DNA of 40,000 nucleotides. It comes from Dyella caseinilytica. Its GTDB lineage: Bacteria; Pseudomonadota; Gammaproteobacteria; Xanthomonadales; Rhodanobacteraceae. Made by a program: the position numbers and the translations under genes. Position 1 is the first letter of the stretch; every line of letters starts with the position of its first letter. Below the pieces are notes generated by a model. It had not been told where the DNA came from and made no database searches. It worked only from the letters and a program-made list of their open reading frames with translations. The DNA lies in contig NZ_CP064030.1 of NCBI RefSeq assembly GCF_016865235.1, forward strand, positions 3,902,603 through 3,942,602, read 5' to 3'. This document shows positions 27,263 through 35,114 of the stretch, in pieces.

Positions 27263-28507
27263 TTGGCCCCGATCAAACCCAGCGCGCATCTGAACGAGGT
27301 GCGTTACGAAATCCGCGGTGCACTTACCCGTCGTGCACGCGAACTGGAAGCGGCTGGCCTGCCGATCATCAAGCTCAATATCGGCAATCCCGCCCGCTAT
27401 GGCTTCACCGTGCCGGATCATTTGCGCGAAACCATCGCCGCACACCTGCACGAAAGCGAAGCCTATGGTCACGAGCAGGGCCTGGAAGAAGCGCGCGAAG
27501 CCATCGCCACGCAGCAGCGTGGACGTGGCGCGCAGCACGTGGAAGTGGAGCGCATTTTCATCGGCAACGGTGTCAGCGAGCTGATCGACCTGAGCTTGCG
27601 CGCACTGTTGCAGCCCGGTGATGAGGTGCTGCTGCCCAGCCCGGATTATCCGCTGTGGAGCGCCGCCACCATTCTCAATGGCGGCGTACCGCGCTACTAC
27701 CGCTGTCTGGCCGAAAACCGGCACATGCCGGAGCCGGAAGAAATCGAATCGCTGATCACTCCGCGCACGCGTGCGCTGGTGCTGGTCAATCCGAACAATC
27801 CGACCGGCGCAGTCTATCCGCGCGCTTTGCTGGAACAGATCGTCGCCATCGCCGCACGTCATCGTCTGTTGCTGTTGTGCGACGAAATCTATGACGAGAT
27901 TCTCTACGACGGCACTCTCTTCCAGCCGATCGCGGAAGTTGCCGGGAATACGCCGTGCATCAGTTTTGGCGGCCTGAGCAAGGTGCATCGCGCCTGCGGT
28001 TATCGCGTGGGCTGGCTGAGCCTTTCGGGTGATCCGGCGCGCACACGCGACTACCGCGACGCGCTGCAATTGCTGGCTGCACTGCGCCTGTGTGCGAATG
28101 TCACCGCGCAATGGGCGGTGATTCCTGCCTTGCAGGATGCGCCAACCATCGGCGCACTCACCTCGCCTGGCGGACGCCTGTACGAAGCACGCAAGGCCGT
28201 GATGGAAGGTGTCGCCGCCAGCGATTACCTGGATCTGGTCACGCCGGGTGGTGCGCTGTACGCGTTCCCACGCGTGCGCAGCGACCGCATCGCCAATTTC
28301 AGCGACGACGCGTTTGCCTTGCGTCTACTGGAAGAAGAATCGGTGCTCGTGGTGCCGGGCTCCAGCTTCAACGTTCCCACCAGCCGTCATGTACGACTGA
28401 CTCTGCTGCCGCAACCTTCGCAACTGCACGAGGTGTTCCAGCGCATGGAGCGTGTACTGGAGCGCATGGCCAGCGAACAGACCTCACGCACCGCTGCGAT
28501 CGCTTAG
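27263..28507 (+). CDS. alaA: class I PLP-dependent aminotransferase, AlaA/AlaC-like (glutamate-pyruvate aminotransferase)
   Basis: A TTG start at 27263 has AAGAGGA upstream. The protein reads as collinear with E. coli AlaA: LNEVRYEIRG, KLNIGNPA, IGNGVSELI, PDYPLW, NPNNPTGAVY, DEIYDEILYD, GLSKVHRACGYRVGW, LRLCANV and PGGRLYE. Confidence 0.88.
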   Translation: MAPIKPSAHLNEVRYEIRGALTRRARELEAAGLPIIKLNIGNPARYGFTVPDHLRETIAAHLHESEAYGHEQGLEEAREAIATQQRGRGAQHVEVERIFIGNGVSELIDLSLRALLQPGDEVLLPSPDYPLWSAATILNGGVPRYYRCLAENRHMPEPEEIESLITPRTRALVLVNPNNPTGAVYPRALLEQIVAIAARHRLLLLCDEIYDEILYDGTLFQPIAEVAGNTPCISFGGLSKVHRACGYRVGWLSLSGDPARTRDYRDALQLLAALRLCANVTAQWAVIPALQDAPTIGALTSPGGRLYEARKAVMEGVAASDYLDLVTPGGALYAFPRVRSDRIANFSDDAFALRLLEEESVLVVPGSSFNVPTSRHVRLTLLPQPSQLHEVFQRMERVLERMASEQTSRTAAIA

Positions 28508-28511
28508 ATCC

Positions 28512-29147
28512 ATGTCGCCACGCTACCTGGCCCTGGGTGACTCTTACACGATTGGCGAGGATGTGCCGGCGCATGCGCGCTGGCCGATGCAACTGGCGGA
28601 CAAGCTGCGCGCACAAGGCATCGCGATCGGCGATCCGAAAATCGTGGCGGTCACGGGTTGGACCACTGACGAATTGTCGGCGGGTATGGATCAGGCCAGC
28701 CTGGTGCCGGGTCACGACCTCGTCACTTTGCTGATCGGGGTCAACAACCAGTATCGCGGGCGCCCGGCAAAACAATACCGGGACGAGTTCCGGGCGCTGT
28801 TGCTGCGCGCCATCACACTGGCCGGCCACCGCCCTGCCAACGTGGTGGTGGTTTCCATTCCGGACTGGGGCGTGACGCCATTCGGCCATGCCAGTGGGCG
28901 CGATCTGCTGCAGATCGCGCACGAACTGGACGTATTTAACCTGATCGCACGCGAGGAAGCCGCCCACGCCGGCGCCCGTTTCGTGAACATCACCAGCATT
29001 TCCCGCGAGCATCCATGGCTGGTGGCCAACGACGGGCTGCATCCGTCTGCCGCCCAATATGCGCTGTGGACCGAAGCCATCGAACCGATCGTCCGCACCG
29101 CGCTGCGGGAAAGCCGCGAAGCGGAATGTGCCAGTCCGGACGCCTGA
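28512..29147 (+). CDS. SGNH/GDSL-family hydrolase (no signal peptide)
   Basis: The ATG at 28512 lies 5 nt after the aminotransferase stop. Block I is LALGDSYTIGE, and the later blocks are GVNN and DGLHPS (catalytic D-x-x-H). Confidence 0.8.
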   Translation: MSPRYLALGDSYTIGEDVPAHARWPMQLADKLRAQGIAIGDPKIVAVTGWTTDELSAGMDQASLVPGHDLVTLLIGVNNQYRGRPAKQYRDEFRALLLRAITLAGHRPANVVVVSIPDWGVTPFGHASGRDLLQIAHELDVFNLIAREEAAHAGARFVNITSISREHPWLVANDGLHPSAAQYALWTEAIEPIVRTALRESREAECASPDA

Positions 29148-29276
29148 TTCGAGCGGTTCACACCCAAATTTCACCACTTCCGGCGTTTTGGCAACCTCCC
29201 TGCAACCTTTTCGCCATCACCCGGTGACGTTGCAGCATGAGACTGGGGACCCGGCAACCTACCGGGGACAGACGCC

Positions 29277-30134
29277 ATGGCCATCCTTCGCTGCCGAAGC
29301 GTTTTCATATCCGATGTTCACCTGGGCACGCCTGATTGCAAGGCGGCCTACCTGCTGGATTTCCTGCGCAACCTGCAGTGCCAGAAACTGTATCTGGTGG
29401 GCGACATCATCGACCTCGAATCCCTGAGCCGCCGCCGATGGTGGCACCAGGACCACGGAACCGTGATCGCCGAAGTGCTGGACATGGCGCGTCGCGGGAT
29501 CGAAGTGACCTACATTCCCGGCAACCACGACGCGGCACTACGCGGACTGGTCGGGCAATCCATCTGCGGCGTGCGCATCGAATTGGACGCGATCCACGTC
29601 GGCGCCGACGGACGCCGCTACCGCGTCAGCCACGGTGACGAATACGATCCCGAGCAGATCGGCCGCAGCTGGATGCTGCATATCGGCGAGGCCATGCACC
29701 GCTTCATCTGCTGGGGCAATCGCCGCGTCAATGCCTGGCGCCGCCGCATGGCGCTGCCCTACCTCCCGCTGTCGATCATCGTGAAATCGCACATCGGCAA
29801 GGCGCTCGCCTATATCCGCGCCTACGAAGAACGCGTCGCCGCCGATGCCCGCGAACGCGGCATGGACGGTCACATCTGCGGCCATATCCATTACGGTCAG
29901 GTGCGCACCATCGATGGCGTGCTCTACCTCAACGACGGCGACTGGGTGGAACACTGCACGGCCCTGGTCGAGGACGAGATCGGCGCCATGGAGCTGATCC
30001 ACTGGAGCGAACAACCCACCGCGCTGGGACGTGCCAGCCGCGAACTGGTACTTCCCTCTCCCACCGCCGCCCTCGCCCTGGCTCCGCTGGCCCGTCGCAA
30101 GCGCGACCTGGACGAACTGCGCCCGGCCGCCTGA
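29277..30134 (+). CDS. calcineurin-like metallophosphoesterase, LpxH/YbbF-like paralogue
   Basis: 285 aa with the metallophosphoesterase motifs ISDVHLG, GDIID, GNHD and GHIH. Its length and C-terminal tail differ from canonical LpxH, so the lipid A function is not assumed. Confidence 0.75.
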   Translation: MAILRCRSVFISDVHLGTPDCKAAYLLDFLRNLQCQKLYLVGDIIDLESLSRRRWWHQDHGTVIAEVLDMARRGIEVTYIPGNHDAALRGLVGQSICGVRIELDAIHVGADGRRYRVSHGDEYDPEQIGRSWMLHIGEAMHRFICWGNRRVNAWRRRMALPYLPLSIIVKSHIGKALAYIRAYEERVAADARERGMDGHICGHIHYGQVRTIDGVLYLNDGDWVEHCTALVEDEIGAMELIHWSEQPTALGRASRELVLPSPTAALALAPLARRKRDLDELRPAA

Positions 30135-30136
30135 GG

Positions 30137-30172
30137 CCTTGCTCCTCCCCCGCAAGCGGGGAAGGAGCAAGG
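30137..30172. repeat. long imperfect hairpin (17-bp stem, one mismatch) without a U-tract
   Basis: ccttgctcctcccccgc-aa-gcggggaaggagcaagg lies directly after the stop at 30134. It could be a terminator or a REP-like palindrome. Confidence 0.4.
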
Positions 30173-30245
30173 ACCAGCCTTGAACCCACCCAACCCGCCT
30201 GCATATGTAGGGCGATACAATGCCGTTCTTTATCGGAGCCCCTAC

Positions 30246-31169
30246 ATGTCCCTCGACAGCGCCACCCGCGAACGAATCGAAAGCCTGCTCAAAGACCACC
30301 GCGTGGTGTTGTTCATGAAGGGCACCCGCCAGCAGCCGATGTGCGGTTTCTCTGCCGCCGCCACCAATACCCTGAACGAGCTGCTGCCTGACTACCACAC
30401 GGTCAACGTGCTGGAAGATCCGGATATCCGCGAAGGCATCAAGGCGTTCGGTAACTGGCCGACGATTCCGCAGCTGTATGTCGACGGCGAACTGGTCGGC
30501 GGTGCCGACATCATTCGCCAGATGTACGGCAGCGGCGAGCTGCATCAGCTGTTCGGCGCTGCCGCGCCTGACCGCACGCCGCCGGAAATCACCATCACCG
30601 ACAAGGCTGCCGAAGCGATCCGCCAGGGCACGGCCAGTGCGCAGGGCATGGCGCTGCATCTGGAAATCGGCCCGGATCACAGCGCGGGCTTCCAGCTTGC
30701 TCCAGGCAGCGAACATGACATCGTGGTGGTCGCCAACGGCATTGAAGTGCATTTTGATCCGGCCAGCGCGCAGCGCGCCAAAGGCATCGTGATCGACTGG
30801 GTGTCCACGATGCAGGGCGAAGGTCTGAGCCTGAAGTTTCCCGGCGCTACCGAACTGAAATCGATGAGCGTGCAGGAGCTCAAGCAGCGCTTGGCCAAGG
30901 GCGACATCACCCTGATCGACGTGCGTCCGGCGCAAGGCCGCATGATGGCCTCGCCACTGCCGCAGGCCCGCGTACTGGAAGAAGAAGGCTATGCCGCCCT
31001 CGCCGCCCTGCCCAAGGACACCGCGCTGGCTTTCATCTGCCATCACGGCATTTCCAGTCGCAGTGCCGCCGAGCGCTTCATCGCGCATGGCTTCAGCAAC
31101 GTCTACAGCGTCGACGGTGGCATGGATGCGTGGGCTGCCGAGATAGATTCGAGCGTTCCGCGCTACTGA
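30246..31169 (+). CDS. monothiol glutaredoxin (Grx4/CGFS) fused to an IscA/HesB-like domain and a GlpE-like rhodanese domain
   Basis: The ATG at 30246 opens the protein. CGFS is encoded at 30342-30353 (VVLFMKGTRQQPMCGFS...WPTIPQLYVDGELVGG). The middle domain is ITITDKAAEAIRQ...LHLEIGPDHSAGFQL...GIVIDWV, an IscA-like fold in which the cluster cysteines are absent. The C-terminus ICHHGISSRSAAE...VDGGMDAW has a rhodanese active-site loop like GlpE CYHGNSS. Confidence 0.8.
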   Translation: MSLDSATRERIESLLKDHRVVLFMKGTRQQPMCGFSAAATNTLNELLPDYHTVNVLEDPDIREGIKAFGNWPTIPQLYVDGELVGGADIIRQMYGSGELHQLFGAAAPDRTPPEITITDKAAEAIRQGTASAQGMALHLEIGPDHSAGFQLAPGSEHDIVVVANGIEVHFDPASAQRAKGIVIDWVSTMQGEGLSLKFPGATELKSMSVQELKQRLAKGDITLIDVRPAQGRMMASPLPQARVLEEEGYAALAALPKDTALAFICHHGISSRSAAERFIAHGFSNVYSVDGGMDAWAAEIDSSVPRY

Positions 31170-31194
31170 GCCAAATCTCATGGCGGTTTGCCGC

Positions 31195-31228
31195 AAAAAG
31201 CCCGGGGTTAACGCCCCGGGCTTTTTTA
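31195..31228 (+). terminator. rho-independent terminator
   Basis: The stem gcccgggg (31200-31207) / ccccgggc (31214-31221) is preceded by an A-run and followed by TTTTTT. Confidence 0.85.
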
Positions 31229-31515
31229 TGTCCGACGGGTCGGTCTGCCCGAGTGCCTCCGGACCTTGGCGCTTGCCGCCCACCTGGCACAGCAAGAAAT
31301 CACGAAAAAATGACGTATCCGTTTAAGCTCCATTAAGCAAAAACTTGCGGATTGTCTCCTCGTTTTTCTCCTTCTGCTGCTCCATCAGACCCTCGCCACT
31401 CATCTCCGCGAGCTAAATTCTTCAATTATTTTAGCTAGATAAAATAACAATCCCCTCGCCGCCCGTCTCGCAAGCGAGCAACGTGCCAATCACCCTTTCG
31501 CAAAAATTTGCAGCA

Positions 31516-31556
31516 ATTCCGTAAGGATTGCGTAAGGAATGATCATTCCGTAAGTT
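31516..31556 (+). promoter_or_regulatory. CGTAAGGA direct repeats plus a 14-bp perfect palindrome upstream of the TonB-dependent receptor
   Basis: CGTAAGGA occurs at 31520-31527 and 31531-38, an 11-bp register. CGTAAG recurs at 31549-31554. The perfect palindrome GGAATGATCATTCC spans 31536-31549. The site lies about 230-270 nt upstream of the ATG at 31786 and just downstream of an AT-rich stretch (31395-31450). Confidence 0.3.
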
Positions 31557-31785
31557 CGTACGTGTCCAGTCACCTTGGCTTTGCCGCGTGATCGGTCACT
31601 CGGGTGTGGGGATACCCGCTCGAATCGGGGGAGTAGGTCATCCATGAAGGGATCGCAGGACGGGGCTGAGGCCCCGCGCCAGGCTTTGCCGTGGGCGACA
31701 AACCGATTCGATGAAAGTCCCTGACGCAACAACTCGTGCACGTCGTTGTTTTGGCCCATCAGGCCCTCTGGGGAGACTTTGAATA

Positions 31786-34700
31786 ATGAACAAGCGTGAC
31801 CAGATCGGCGCCGGTTACTACCGTCGCCATTCTCTTGCCGTAGCCCTTGCATTGAGCTTGGGTTTCACCGGGGTGGCCTTCGCGCAGTCCACGACCAGTA
31901 CGTTCTTCGGCGAAGCGCCGGTCGGTGATTCGGTGACGGTAACCAGCCAGACCGGCCTTACCCGTGAAGCGCCGGTCGACAGCACCGGTCGCTATCGCAT
32001 CGCCAACATGCCCGTCGGCAGCTACACCGTCCAGCTCAAGAAAGACGGCACCGTGGTGGAAACCCGCGACAACGTGACGCTGAACGTGGGCGTCAACACG
32101 GAAGTGTCTTTCCTGACCAAGACATTGAACACCGTGACGGTCAACGCCAACGCGACACCTCAGATCGATGTGGCCTCCGTGGATTCACGCTCAGTGATCA
32201 CGTCCCAGGATCTGCAGCGTCTGCCGCTCGCTCGCACCGCCGAAGGCATTGCGCTGCTGGCGCCGGGCGTCGTGCAAGCGAGTGGTTACTTCAACAACGC
32301 ACTCTCATTCGGTGGTGGCAGCGCTACCGAGAACGCGTATTACATCAACGGTTTCAGCAGCTCCGATCCGCTGTCCAACATGGGCGGCGTGGGTCTGCCT
32401 TACGGATCCATCGACCAGCAGGAAACCTACATCGGCGGTTACAGCGCGAAGTACGGCCGCTCCGATGGTGGCGTGATCAACCAGATCGGTAAGCGTGGCA
32501 CGAATGAGTGGCACTTCGGCGGGCAGATGATCTGGGAGCCGCGTTTCATGGAGTCCTCTCCGGTGAATCGCTACTACCCCAACATGGCGCTGCCTTCGGG
32601 CTATAGCTATGCCGACGCTTCGCTGCCAGGCTCGCTCTATCAGTATCGCAAGCAAGACAAGCAGTGGCGCACGGTTTACGACGCCTACGTGGGCGGGCCG
32701 TTGATCAAGGACAAGCTGTTCTTCTTCCTGTCGGCCGAAGCAGAAAAGGTCGAAGGACGCAGCACCAATAATATCGATGCGGCGCAAGAGGCTTACCTCA
32801 AGTACACCAACAAGCTGCAGAAGTTTTACGGCAAGGTGGATTGGAATATCACCGACAACCACGTGTTGGAACTGACGCACATCGTCAACAAGCAACCGGC
32901 GTCCGCGGGAGCCACCAATCCGACCCAGCCGAGCTCGGGCCAGTATTACGCCTTCGATTACAGCAATCTCGGTTCCGGCGGCCCATTGGGCTTGTATCCG
33001 ACCAATTCGAAGGACTCGACCACCCTCGATATCGTCAAGTACACCGGCTATATCACGCAGGACCTGACCGTCAGCGCCACCTACGGCCACAGCAAGGTGG
33101 AGAACTTCACCCAATTGCCCGGCCTGGACCCCAACGATCCGTACATCTACAACCCCAACTTCGAGAATCCTGCGTACACCGGTGGCACGCCGGTTACCAA
33201 CAGCACCACCACCAACCAGATCGGATCGCCGAACGCCCAGAGCAGAACGCATGGCCTGCGCGTGGACGTCGACTATCACCTGGGCAGCCACGATCTATCC
33301 GTGGGTATCGACAACATGTATTTCGCCGGCAAGGATCAGGGCGTCATCACCCCTGGCCCAGGCTATTACTGGCGTTATTTCCAGACCCCGTATCCGAATA
33401 ATCCCATCGTCCCCGGCGTCGTTCCTGCACCCGGCGAGGAATACTATGCGCGCAAGCGCACCTTCACCACGGCCACCAGCATGTCGGTGGCGCAGAAGGC
33501 TTATTACCTGGAAGACAAGTGGCAGGTGACCGATCGCTGGCTGCTCGACATCGGCCTTCGCAACGACAAATTCACCAACTACAACAGTGACAACCAGCCG
33601 TACGTTCGCAGTGGCAATCAGTGGGCGCCACGCCTGGGGGCGAGCTGGGATGTGTTCGGTGATTCCAGTCTGAAGCTGTATGCCAATCTGGGCCGCTATT
33701 ACTTGGCGCTGCCGGACAGCGTAGCCATCCGCGGTGCCTCAGCCTCCACATACACGGATCAGTACTTCACCTACACCGGCATCAATCCGACCACCGCAGA
33801 GCCCACCGGACTGACATCGCTCGCGCCTCCGTATTCTTCCAATCACGAATACGGCCAGGCACCCGATCCAAGAACGGTCACCGCAACCGACCTGCGCTCG
33901 GAATATCAGGACGAGTTGATCCTTGGTTTCGACAAAGCCCTGGGTGACAGCTGGACCACCGGCGCCAAATTCATGCTGCGCAGACTGGAAAGCGCTATCG
34001 ACGATGTCTGCGACATGGATGCCCTGGCAACCAAGATGCAGTCCATGGGTCTGAACCCGGACTTGTACAACGTCTACCAGCCAGGCTGCCGTCTGTTCAA
34101 CCCGGGCAGCAGCAACAACTTCCTGGTGTCGCGCCTTGATGGCTCTGGTTATACCAATGTCACCATGAGCACATCCGACTGGGGTTTCACCGACGGTGCC
34201 AAACGCAAGTACTACGCTCTGAATGCCTACCTGGAGCATCCGTTCAATGGCAAATGGCAGGCACGCGTTGACTACACGTTCTCGCGCAGCTACGGCAATA
34301 CCGAGGGTCAGGTGCGCTCGGACATCGGCCAAACCGACGTCAGCAAGACCGAGGACTGGGACTTCGCTTCACTCATGGTGAACAGCAACGGTGTGCTGTT
34401 CAATGATCGCACGCATACCGTGAAGGCCTATGGCGCCTATGCCATTACGCCAGAATGGATGATTTCCGGACGCATTCTGCTGCAATCGGGTGCGCCGAAG
34501 AGCTGCGTTGGTTACTACGGCCCGCAGATGGATGACCCTTCGGGTTACGGTTCTTCTTACCACTTCTGCTTTGGCGAGCCATCGGCTCCGGGAGCGATGG
34601 GCCGTATGCCGTGGACCCAGCGCTTGGATTTGGGTGTGACCTACCGTCCGATGTTCGCCGAGCAAAAACTGGCCTTCGGTCTGGATGTATTCAACGTGCT

Positions 34701-34833
34701 CAATCGCCAGGCTCCGACCCAGTGGAGCTCCACCAGCGAAAACTCGCCAGGTGCGGTGTCCAACACCTACGGCCTGGGCATGTACTACAGCCAGCCGCGT
34801 TATGTCAGGTTGTCGGTGTCTTACGACTACTAA
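31786..34833 (+). CDS. TonB-dependent receptor, Oar-like (N-terminal carboxypeptidase-regulatory-like domain)
   Basis: 1015 aa. The signal peptide is ...ALALSLGFTGVAFAQS. A CarboxypepD_reg-like domain follows (GRYRIANMPVGSYTVQL), then plug-region motifs (VITSQDLQRLPLARTAEGIALLAPGV, ENAYYINGF). A long beta-barrel ends in VRLSVSYDY. A GGGGAG SD lies upstream. Confidence 0.9.
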   Translation: MNKRDQIGAGYYRRHSLAVALALSLGFTGVAFAQSTTSTFFGEAPVGDSVTVTSQTGLTREAPVDSTGRYRIANMPVGSYTVQLKKDGTVVETRDNVTLNVGVNTEVSFLTKTLNTVTVNANATPQIDVASVDSRSVITSQDLQRLPLARTAEGIALLAPGVVQASGYFNNALSFGGGSATENAYYINGFSSSDPLSNMGGVGLPYGSIDQQETYIGGYSAKYGRSDGGVINQIGKRGTNEWHFGGQMIWEPRFMESSPVNRYYPNMALPSGYSYADASLPGSLYQYRKQDKQWRTVYDAYVGGPLIKDKLFFFLSAEAEKVEGRSTNNIDAAQEAYLKYTNKLQKFYGKVDWNITDNHVLELTHIVNKQPASAGATNPTQPSSGQYYAFDYSNLGSGGPLGLYPTNSKDSTTLDIVKYTGYITQDLTVSATYGHSKVENFTQLPGLDPNDPYIYNPNFENPAYTGGTPVTNSTTTNQIGSPNAQSRTHGLRVDVDYHLGSHDLSVGIDNMYFAGKDQGVITPGPGYYWRYFQTPYPNNPIVPGVVPAPGEEYYARKRTFTTATSMSVAQKAYYLEDKWQVTDRWLLDIGLRNDKFTNYNSDNQPYVRSGNQWAPRLGASWDVFGDSSLKLYANLGRYYLALPDSVAIRGASASTYTDQYFTYTGINPTTAEPTGLTSLAPPYSSNHEYGQAPDPRTVTATDLRSEYQDELILGFDKALGDSWTTGAKFMLRRLESAIDDVCDMDALATKMQSMGLNPDLYNVYQPGCRLFNPGSSNNFLVSRLDGSGYTNVTMSTSDWGFTDGAKRKYYALNAYLEHPFNGKWQARVDYTFSRSYGNTEGQVRSDIGQTDVSKTEDWDFASLMVNSNGVLFNDRTHTVKAYGAYAITPEWMISGRILLQSGAPKSCVGYYGPQMDDPSGYGSSYHFCFGEPSAPGAMGRMPWTQRLDLGVTYRPMFAEQKLAFGLDVFNVLNRQAPTQWSSTSENSPGAVSNTYGLGMYYSQPRYVRLSVSYDY

Positions 34834-35012
34834 GTCCGCGCCAAGGGGGCCATCTTTCCGGTGGCTCTCTTTTCGTTCCCACCCAGATCATCAAGCGGGG
34901 ATGGCGCGAAGCCGACGAAGGCGGCAATCGCACTTTTGCATCCGTTACAGCCATAGCCAGTCTTCTTGACGCAACAAGGAGACCTGATTGGCGTCAAATT
35001 ACGCCCTCCAGC

Positions 35013-35041
35013 GCAGGCCACTTTCGGGTGGCCTTTTTTTC
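35013..35041 (+). terminator. strong rho-independent terminator
   Basis: aggccac-tttcgg-gtggcct (35015-35034), with the T-run starting at the last stem base. It sits about 180 nt after the receptor stop and about 75 nt before the sulfotransferase start. Confidence 0.8.
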
Positions 35042-35114
35042 CCCGTAGAGCCACAGCGGAACAGTGCGGTAGTCTCTCCCATTGAATGTCATTGGTAACA
35101 CGGGGATTCGCAAC

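Noticed and set aside
27200-28111. 303-aa minus-strand ORF (also 28368..29177, 240..923, 292..1185, 10801..11652, 13655..14272, 20020..20874 and similar)
   Set aside because: All lie opposite or out of frame to genes with clear family signatures. None has a motif of its own.
29538-31295. 585-aa minus-strand ORF
   Set aside because: It is antisense to the metallophosphoesterase and the glutaredoxin-fusion genes and spans their intergenic hairpin. It is a shadow ORF.
31560-31785. Possible cobalamin riboswitch in front of the TonB-dependent receptor
   Set aside because: GCCAGGCTTTGCC superficially recalls a B12 box, but the consensus core and the other conserved cobalamin-riboswitch blocks are absent. 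Oar-like receptors are also not BtuB-type. The region is kept only as an unclassified structured leader.
34901-34969. 22-codon ORF MARSRRRRQSHFCIRYSHSQSS as a possible Tyr-containing sulfation substrate
   Set aside because: It has no convincing SD and no leader or export signal. The composition is what a random GC-rich frame yields. The idea was motivated only by proximity to the sulfotransferase.
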